From assembly GCA_964428965.1 (NCBI GenBank), contig CAYSAF010000002.1, positions 20,985 through 84,984 on the forward strand: a DNA stretch of 64,000 bases, read 5' to 3'. Position numbers and translations under genes: made by a program. The DNA is from Candidatus Woesearchaeota archaeon (lineage in GTDB: Archaea > Nanobdellota > Nanobdellia > SCGC-AAA011-G17 > VGLX01). This document shows, piece by piece, positions 57,276 to 64,000 of the stretch. Position 1 is the stretch's first letter. The number at the start of each line of letters is the position of its first letter. Under the pieces are notes generated by a model, which was given only the letters and a program-made list of their open reading frames with translations, was not told the DNA's origin and did not search any database.

Positions 57276-58520
57276 ATGGACCTGTTCATACTACTTACTT
57301 ATGTAGCAGCTTTTTTTGGTATATTTTGTAGTTCTGTATATTTACTAACATTTTATGAAAATAAGGAAAAAATATCCAATCCAAAACCAAAAAAACTGTT
57401 AAGTGTTAGTATAATAGTACCCGCCTTTAATGAAGAAGGTAGAATCAAAAGAAGTGTAGAGTCTTTGTTAAATTTAAATTATCCAAAGGAATTGATTGAA
57501 ATAATATTGGTTGATGATGGGTCTACTGACAACACTTTAAATGAGATGAAAATGTTTGCTTCAGACAATGTAAGTGTGCTACACAAAAAGAATGGTGGAA
57601 AGGGAAGCGCCTTAAATTTAGGTATAGCAAATGCAAAAGGTGAGATAATAGTTTCATTGGATGCAGACTCCTTTGTTGATAAGGATGCATTAATCAACAT
57701 GATAGGCTATTTCGGAGATGAACGTTGTATGGCTGTAACCCCTTCGATGAAAATTTGGAAGCCAAAAACTATATTACAGAAAATACAATTTATTGAATAT
57801 TTGTTTGGCCTATTCTTGAGAAAGATGTCTGCATTCCTTGGTTGCATTAATGTAACCCCAGGTCCTTTTAGCGCTTACAGAAAGTCATTTTTCAAAAAAT
57901 ACGGGGGTTATGACGAAAACAATCTAACGGAAGATATCGAAGTTGCATTGAGGATCCAAGCTAATAACTTCATAATAGAGAATTCACATGATGCATATTC
58001 ATACACAGTAGGCCCATCAAAATTCAAGCCTTTGTTCAAACAAAGAGTCAGATGGTACTTAGGATTCATAAATAACACATTGAGGTATAGACGATTATTT
58101 AGCAAAAAATATGGTAATTTAGGGCTATTTTTTATGCCAAGTGCTTTTATATTCGCAGGATTTAATATAGTTTTTGTAGCTTACATGATGAGTAAATTAG
58201 TAGATAGTGTTTATAAAGCTCTTTTCAATTTATGGTCAATAAACTTTGATTTCTTTAAAACCATAACATTCAAAGTTGATACGTTCTACCTACTACCAAA
58301 CATGATAACTATCATAACGCTCGTTACATTAGCAGTAGTTATATTGGAAATTTGTATAGCAAGAAAAATATCTGATGACAAAAGGAGGGTAGTATTGCCA
58401 TTTATTCTATCAACAATATTTTACGCTCCACTTTTTGCCATTTGGTGGTTTACTTCATTTTTATTTAAAATTAGTGGGAAAACCATAAGATGGTCTGGCA
58501 CGTCATGGAAGAAAGATTAA
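57276..58520 (+). CDS. Processive GT2 (IcaA/CESA-like)
   Basis: VPAFNEE, DDGSTD, GKG.ALN, DADS, TED, QRVRW, TM helices. Confidence 0.9.
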   Translation: MDLFILLTYVAAFFGIFCSSVYLLTFYENKEKISNPKPKKLLSVSIIVPAFNEEGRIKRSVESLLNLNYPKELIEIILVDDGSTDNTLNEMKMFASDNVSVLHKKNGGKGSALNLGIANAKGEIIVSLDADSFVDKDALINMIGYFGDERCMAVTPSMKIWKPKTILQKIQFIEYLFGLFLRKMSAFLGCINVTPGPFSAYRKSFFKKYGGYDENNLTEDIEVALRIQANNFIIENSHDAYSYTVGPSKFKPLFKQRVRWYLGFINNTLRYRRLFSKKYGNLGLFFMPSAFIFAGFNIVFVAYMMSKLVDSVYKALFNLWSINFDFFKTITFKVDTFYLLPNMITIITLVTLAVVILEICIARKISDDKRRVVLPFILSTIFYAPLFAIWWFTSFLFKISGKTIRWSGTSWKKD

Positions 58521-58521
58521 A

Positions 58522-59157
58522 ATGGATCAGAGAAACATTCCAAAAATCAGGTTTTTAACTGCATTTTTTCTAGCGGCTTTCATATTTTTGTTAATAATAT
58601 TAGTCAATAATTATTTCAGTGAAGCTAAACTGAGCAGATTAAACTCAATATACAATGATGCAAGAATAGATGTCATGGATGCGGATGTACAGTACAGCAT
58701 TCTCTCTGAAAATCCCTGTCAGGCATTAAATTTTGAACCTATGACCAATGAACTTTTTGAATTGGGAAATAAATTAACAACAATGGAAGAGAGGTTAGGG
58801 AAAAACAACAAAGAAGTCCTTGACTTGAAAAAATATTATTCTATTCTGGAAGCAAGACAGTGGTTGTTTCTGAAAAAGGCCTCAAAGGAATGTAAGATAA
58901 ACACAAAACCAATACTGTTTTTTTACTCTAATGAGGAGGACTGCGGAGACTGCGAACAACAGGGATTTGTGCTAAGTTATATAAGAAAAGCCTTGCCAGA
59001 CGTTTATGTTTATTCCTTTGATACAAACCTTAACATATCAGCAATAAGGGCATTAAAATTGAATTATAATATAACCCAAGTACCATCATTAGTAATCAAT
59101 GACAAAACATACATAGGATATATGGATACAGATATTTTGATTAGTACTATGTCTTAA
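58522..59157 (+). CDS. N-anchored thioredoxin-like protein
   Basis: N-terminal TM; FFYS...CGDC..QG.VL; VP.LVIN. Confidence 0.7.
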   Translation: MDQRNIPKIRFLTAFFLAAFIFLLIILVNNYFSEAKLSRLNSIYNDARIDVMDADVQYSILSENPCQALNFEPMTNELFELGNKLTTMEERLGKNNKEVLDLKKYYSILEARQWLFLKKASKECKINTKPILFFYSNEEDCGDCEQQGFVLSYIRKALPDVYVYSFDTNLNISAIRALKLNYNITQVPSLVINDKTYIGYMDTDILISTMS

Positions 59158-59260
59158 GAATTATGGAACTGTCTACAGAGAATTTCTTAACAGAAATCAG
59201 TGTTAAACAAAGTTCCTTAAAAACAGAAAGTTTTAAATCATAAAAAAATATTTTTAAATC

Positions 59261-60331
59261 ATGGTTAGAATACTTTACGGTGTCTGCGGCGAGGGCATGG
59301 GCCACGCAACCAGGTCAAAAGTGGTGATAAAACACCTGCTAGACAAGAAACACGACGTTCACATCGTTGCGAGCCACAGGGCATACGAATTTCTAGCAAA
59401 AACATTCCCAAAAGTAACGCAGATACCGGGATTCACTATGTACTACGAAGAAAACACCATGAAAACACTCAAAACCATATGGAGGAACATAAAATACCCC
59501 GGAAGTGGAAAACAAGCACTAAGAACAGTGCACAGCATAATAAAAAAAGAAAAACCTGACATAATAATAACAGACTACGAACCAAGCGTGGCATACCTAT
59601 CAAAAATAGTGGAGGGAAAAAACAAGAAAGGCACACCGCTGATAAGCATAGACAACCAGCACATATACACAAACTGCGAAATAAAATTCCCAAAAAAATT
59701 CATGAGCGATTACATAATGGCAAAGATATGCAACAGGTTCATAGTACCCAAAAAGAATGTGGACAGGTTCATAGTAAACACGTTCTTCTACCCAAAAATA
59801 AAGAACAAAAAAACAAAACTGATACCAGCCTTAATAAGAGAAGACGTGATAAAAATGAAACCAAAAAAGGGAAAACACATACTCATTTACCAAACATCAA
59901 AAAGCTACACAGCGATGTTTGACATACTGAAAAAATTCAAGAAAGAAAAATTCATAGTATACGGTTTTGGGATATACAAAAAAGACCAAAACCTAACCTT
60001 CAAGGGATTCGACGAGAAGGGATTCATAAAAGACCTGGCAACAAGCAAGGCAGCCATAACAAACGGGGGCTTTACGATGATGTCAGAAGCGCTGTTCCTA
60101 AACAAACCGGTTCTAAGCGTGCCAGTAAAGAAGCAATTCGAACAGGTATGTAACGCAGTATACCTAAACAGGGAAGGTTACGGAAAATTCATCGAAGAGA
60201 TTACAGAAGAAAACCTGTCAGAATTCATAAACAACCTTGAGCATTACCACAACAACCTGAAAAGGTACAAACAGAAAGACAACAAGAAGGGGCTAAGCGT
60301 AATAGACAAAACGATACAAGAGCTATGCTGA
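59261..60331 (+). CDS. MJ1255/VC2487-family (GT28-like) glycosyltransferase
   Basis: ILYGVCGEGMGHATRS, TDYEP, SIDNQH, NGGF....EA....KP..P...QFEQ..NA. Confidence 0.88.
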   Translation: MVRILYGVCGEGMGHATRSKVVIKHLLDKKHDVHIVASHRAYEFLAKTFPKVTQIPGFTMYYEENTMKTLKTIWRNIKYPGSGKQALRTVHSIIKKEKPDIIITDYEPSVAYLSKIVEGKNKKGTPLISIDNQHIYTNCEIKFPKKFMSDYIMAKICNRFIVPKKNVDRFIVNTFFYPKIKNKKTKLIPALIREDVIKMKPKKGKHILIYQTSKSYTAMFDILKKFKKEKFIVYGFGIYKKDQNLTFKGFDEKGFIKDLATSKAAITNGGFTMMSEALFLNKPVLSVPVKKQFEQVCNAVYLNREGYGKFIEEITEENLSEFINNLEHYHNNLKRYKQKDNKKGLSVIDKTIQELC

Positions 60332-60946
60332 ACTTATTCTCCAAAAACCAACCTTAAACTTGTGAAACCTCTTCCTATGAAAAGGCATGGTCATCCTTAT
60401 AGGGAAATCAAAAACCAAACAACGCTTGGCAATAAAACTGTTGTCGCTAGAAAATTTTGCTATGAAAGAATCAGACTCCAGCTTGTGAAAACTGTAAATA
60501 AGAGGCGAAACACTAATAGCCTTCGACAAAAACAAGCGGTCAGCATGAGGTTTCTGAATCCCAAAAGGAGGGTTCTGAACAACGATGTCAACCTTATCAG
60601 AAAAAAGACCAACATCCTTGTTAACAAAAACAGCTTTGAACTTTTTTCCAAGCCCGTTCTCTAACAACTTAAGGTTCTGCTTTGCCAGGGTTATGGCATT
60701 CTTATCAACGTCAACAAAAAAAACCTTTTTGGCATTCAAGGCAAGAGCACCCAAACCAATAATGCCGTTACCGCAACCAAAGTCAGCAACCAACCTGCCC
60801 TTAAAACCGTCATTCATGTGAATAAACCACAAGGCATCGGCAGCCATCTCGGCATCGGTAGTATACTGCTCAAGAGAAGAAGAAGGCTTGTCAAAAAGCT
60901 TAAACTTAGAAAGCAGAATGGCAAGGTCTTTCTTTTTCATAATCAA
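60323..60946 (-). CDS. METTL5-family rRNA m6A methyltransferase
   Basis: LEQY.T, DFGCGNG, NPPFG...H.D..FL, YSFHK, FH. Confidence 0.9.
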   Translation of the reverse strand: MIMKKKDLAILLSKFKLFDKPSSSLEQYTTDAEMAADALWFIHMNDGFKGRLVADFGCGNGIIGLGALALNAKKVFFVDVDKNAITLAKQNLKLLENGLGKKFKAVFVNKDVGLFSDKVDIVVQNPPFGIQKPHADRLFLSKAISVSPLIYSFHKLESDSFIAKFSSDNSFIAKRCLVFDFPIRMTMPFHRKRFHKFKVGFWRISSA

Positions 60947-61419
60947 AACTTCCTGAACCTTATCAAATCCCCTATGGTTAAGGTATTATCCTTAAAATCA
61001 AGCCTCTTAGGCTTAGAATCATCCTTCTTAATCTCTTCCAATAACTTAATCTTAAGGAAAAGCTCAAGCTTCCTAGCAACGTTAACAGGAGGCTCCAACT
61101 GTGAAGATTCAATCTTTTGGATAACTGAAACCTTCTCAGCAACAGCCTTGGCCAACTCTTCCTGGTTGTAAAGCATCTTCTCACGAGCAGACCTAACCCT
61201 AGCAGCATAATCCTGCACAACAATTAGCAGGGGTTGAGGCTCAGGTTTCCTAACGGGAATTACTTGCCTCTGCTTAGGCTGCTCTTTAACCTCAAACTTG
61301 GGAGCTATCTCGATAACATTACCAAACTTAGAACACCTACTGCAAACATCCATCATAGAACCGTCAACAATCGCTTTGACTGTAGGTCCCTCCCTTCCGC
61401 ACATATCACAGGTTGGCAT
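60943..61419 (-). CDS. Archaeal MBF1 (TIGR00270; Zn ribbon + HTH)
   Basis: CDMCG...VC..C..FG; AREK....QEELA......I.KIE...L.P; TIGD. Confidence 0.92.
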   Translation of the reverse strand: MPTCDMCGREGPTVKAIVDGSMMDVCSRCSKFGNVIEIAPKFEVKEQPKQRQVIPVRKPEPQPLLIVVQDYAARVRSAREKMLYNQEELAKAVAEKVSVIQKIESSQLEPPVNVARKLELFLKIKLLEEIKKDDSKPKRLDFKDNTLTIGDLIRFRKF

Positions 61420-61504
61420 AGCCGCTAAAAGACTGTAAAAGTTTAAATAATTTTTGATAACGAATAGTTATCATTCAAGCGAATGCACTTCCCATAATCA
61501 AAAA

Positions 61505-62824
61505 CTAAAAAATCCCAGATTCTTCCAAAGGTCTCTTGTTAAACTTCCAAATTCCAACGTAATCATTCGAATAAACAAGCTCGAAACTTTCGCTGTATTT
61601 AAGTAGGAATAATAAATCCTGATCCTCCTCAACCCATACCCTAGACCTCATATCCTCATCAACCCAGACGTAAGAAATGCCTCCAGACTTTATCAAGTTA
61701 GTTGCCCTTTCTATATCCCTTGTGTATAGCAGAGCATTATTTGCAACGAAAGGCTTTTTGGCAAAGTCAATCCAGTACTCCCTTGAAACGTGGGAGAAAA
61801 CAGCCCCTTCAGGAAGATCTCTCAGAGCGTACAAACCATCGACCACATCCCTGTTGGGAAGTCCGTTAATTACCCAGCTCATGTAAGAAAAGCTAGAGAT
61901 AAACAAACCAAGAATCATTATTAACAGAGTCAAATACTTTATTGACTTACTCCTCCAATGACGCTCAAAAAGAACCTCCAAACCAAGAGCAGAAAGCAAA
62001 ACGAGTATGAAGTTAAGATAAGACAGGGCCCTGAGGTTGAAAAAAGAAAAAACAATCAAGAGAATCATAGACAAGTAAAGGTAAAGGTAAACATATTTAT
62101 CCTTCCAGAAGAACTTCAAACCGAAAAAAGATAAAATCATCAAGAAAACGCCCAAACCAAAAGGACCCCCAAAATCTGAAACAAAGCTGCCGAAAGAGAA
62201 GAGATTCTCGGCAGGGAAAAACAGCAGAATAATAAGGGAAGGTAGGGCGTAGAGGAACAACCTGAACCTCTTGACTTTAAAAGAATAAAACAAGAGAAGG
62301 AACAAAGCAAGAACGAGATTGAACAAGCCGAAAAAGGCTACCAGATAAAACATCGCAAGAGCCGGAATATTTTTCTTATTCAACAAGAGATAAAAAGCAA
62401 ACAAAAGCAGGAAGGCAACAAAACCAAAATCTGTAAGGGTGCTGAAAAGAAAAACAAAACTTGGGGAAAAAATAAGCAGCAGGGAAGAAAGTATGACAAT
62501 CCAGTACCTGAAGCCGAGATTCTTCAGTATGGAGAAAAAAAGCAGCAGGGAAAAAACACCCAGCAAGATAGGCAGCACTTTAGCAACAAGAAAAACGTCA
62601 AGCCTAAAAACATAAGAAAAGAAAGAAAGTATGTAGCTTACACTGCCGTGACCGAGATGAAAGTAAGCCTCAAAACCGTAAAGAAGGTTAAACCTTGGCC
62701 TAAGAAAAACAGGCAGGACCAAAGTCAAGGCACAAATAATCACAAGCAGCGCCCTAACAGCGAACCTTGTAGAGGGATACCTCTCCAGCTTTTCTATACT
62801 CGACAAAACATTTTTCATCTTCAA
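61505..62824 (-). CDS. Multi-TM GT-C/AglB-like membrane protein
   Basis: Y.G.EAYFH loop, many TM helices, soluble C-terminal domain. Confidence 0.55.
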   Translation of the reverse strand: MKMKNVLSSIEKLERYPSTRFAVRALLVIICALTLVLPVFLRPRFNLLYGFEAYFHLGHGSVSYILSFFSYVFRLDVFLVAKVLPILLGVFSLLLFFSILKNLGFRYWIVILSSLLLIFSPSFVFLFSTLTDFGFVAFLLLFAFYLLLNKKNIPALAMFYLVAFFGLFNLVLALFLLLFYSFKVKRFRLFLYALPSLIILLFFPAENLFSFGSFVSDFGGPFGLGVFLMILSFFGLKFFWKDKYVYLYLYLSMILLIVFSFFNLRALSYLNFILVLLSALGLEVLFERHWRSKSIKYLTLLIMILGLFISSFSYMSWVINGLPNRDVVDGLYALRDLPEGAVFSHVSREYWIDFAKKPFVANNALLYTRDIERATNLIKSGGISYVWVDEDMRSRVWVEEDQDLLFLLKYSESFELVYSNDYVGIWKFNKRPLEESGIF

Positions 62825-63998
62825 CGTAACTCAAATTTTGAACGTTATAAAACTTTTTAGCCCTAGGTGAGAAATAAATGTAATCGATATCATACTTCTC
62901 CAAGAGCTGTAAAGCCTTAACCTCTGAAACAGAGGTGTAAATCTCCTGAACATCACTGTACCGCGTGTTAACGAAAGGAGCACCCAAAAAGTCAGAATCC
63001 ATGACATCCTTCCTTTCACAAATTGAGGTGATGTAATGACCCTCGGAGAACAACGAAAGTACTGTTGCATCATTCTCGGCACCGTCCTTAACCGACTGCA
63101 AAACAAGGTATTCGTCTTTCGTAAGCGTGTTACTTATAACCTGCTGAGCATTTATGAAAGAGGGGAAAGTCAGAGTAAAGAGAACAAGCAAAACAAGCAG
63201 TATTTTGAATACATTATCAAACCTTGAAAACTTGGTAATCTTCAAGTACTCAAAAAACCTCAAAATGATAAGCGAAGAAGCAACAACAAGAGTGAAGCCC
63301 AAAAACATCAAGCCAACAGAAAAATTAACAAACTTAAAAGAAAGCAAGATAAGCGCAGAAAAAGCTGCGGATAGAGAAAGGAAAAAACCGATATTCTTCT
63401 CCCTGAAAAAACCTATTATAAAACCTAGTATGCCAAAAACTAGTGGAACAACACCCAACTGCAAGATAACTTCGATAAGGTTTAAATCTTTAAAGTAGCT
63501 GGCCAACATATCAGAGGGGGTGTTCTGCCACATAAACCTAAAACCGAGGGAGAGGAAAGCCCTCTTAAAAAACAAGAACTCAACTATCAAAGCCAAAAAA
63601 ACAGAAAAAACAAGCGCTTCCTTACTCAGATGGTTAAGCTCGAGGTTCTCAGCAAGGACTAAAACATAGAAGATTATGAAAGAAAGCGCAACGAAAACAG
63701 CAATGGGATGCAGCAACGGAACAACAAAACTCAAAACAAGAAACAGATAGAAGTAGGGCTTACTCCTGATGTTGACGAAGCTGTAAAACATCAACGCAAC
63801 CAATGGAATAACAAGAGAAAAGATTGAGATGTTATTCAAAGTCGAAGAAACAAGAACAGGGATAAAGGAAGACATGAGAGCAGCAACCAGTGCGGTAAAC
63901 TTATCGTTCGTAAACTTGAGAGCCAGAAGATAAACTATGAACACGAGAGAAGAAATGAAGATCGCTGGAACTACCTTCAACCCGTATGGAACAAAGCT
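62754..63998 (-). CDS. Multi-TM GT-C/AglB-like membrane protein (5'-partial)
   Basis: Frame open to the window edge; TM-rich; VLS...EGHYI.....R...D..F, L..YDIDYIY. Confidence 0.6.
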   Translation of the reverse strand, partial: SFVPYGLKVVPAIFISSLVFIVYLLALKFTNDKFTALVAALMSSFIPVLVSSTLNNISIFSLVIPLVALMFYSFVNIRSKPYFYLFLVLSFVVPLLHPIAVFVALSFIIFYVLVLAENLELNHLSKEALVFSVFLALIVEFLFFKRAFLSLGFRFMWQNTPSDMLASYFKDLNLIEVILQLGVVPLVFGILGFIIGFFREKNIGFFLSLSAAFSALILLSFKFVNFSVGLMFLGFTLVVASSLIILRFFEYLKITKFSRFDNVFKILLVLLVLFTLTFPSFINAQQVISNTLTKDEYLVLQSVKDGAENDATVLSLFSEGHYITSICERKDVMDSDFLGAPFVNTRYSDVQEIYTSVSEVKALQLLEKYDIDYIYFSPRAKKFYNVQNLSYVEDEKCFVEYRKAGEVSLYKVRC

Positions 63999-64000
63999 GA

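Noticed and set aside
79..63498. Numerous antisense or nested short ORFs in the ORF track (e.g. 79..492, 10685..11197, 25165..25584, 32324..32872)
   Set aside because: They are shadows of well-supported genes or tRNAs, favoured by the strand bias, with no recognisable motifs.
1..64000. Alternative genetic code, DGR, CRISPR array or rRNA genes
   Set aside because: Conserved genes end normally at TAA, TAG or TGA; no reverse transcriptase, TR/VR pair, regular repeat-spacer array or rRNA-like sequence was seen.

Overview
Archaeal chromosome segment. The gene content and style (PCNA, TFS, RpoL, aMBF1, METTL5, Trm112, Methanococcus-type S-layer, class III signal-peptide proteins, BRE/TATA promoters) suggest a DPANN archaeon, probably Woesearchaeota-like; this is inferred, not tested. 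Layout: (1) 1-20 kb, a surface-glycan locus (GT4/GT2/GT-C, flippases, epimerase) containing three B12-binding radical SAM enzymes, a SPASM radical SAM, a PIG-L deacetylase and two methyltransferases, followed by MTAP. (2) 21-31.5 kb, secreted/surface proteins, three tandem GT2-like paralogs, two tRNA-Ser genes (one with two BHB introns) around trm112, and the S-layer gene. (3) 31.8-42.2 kb, five pilin-like proteins and two giant Cys-rich paralogs with divergent central hydrophobic segments. (4) kamA and a GNAT. (5) About 44.0-52.45 kb, an island with no recognisable integrase, abutting the PCNA stop codon. It carries a triple-wHTH/PD-(D/E)xK-like protein + Hjc + minimal ATP-dependent ligase operon, iteron-like repeats, a Rep-like wHTH protein and a membrane-anchored Mrr-like nuclease, and is the best candidate for an undescribed system. 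(6) 52.5-64 kb, housekeeping genes with small AT-rich insertions. All calls come from motif recognition by eye; no database searches were run.
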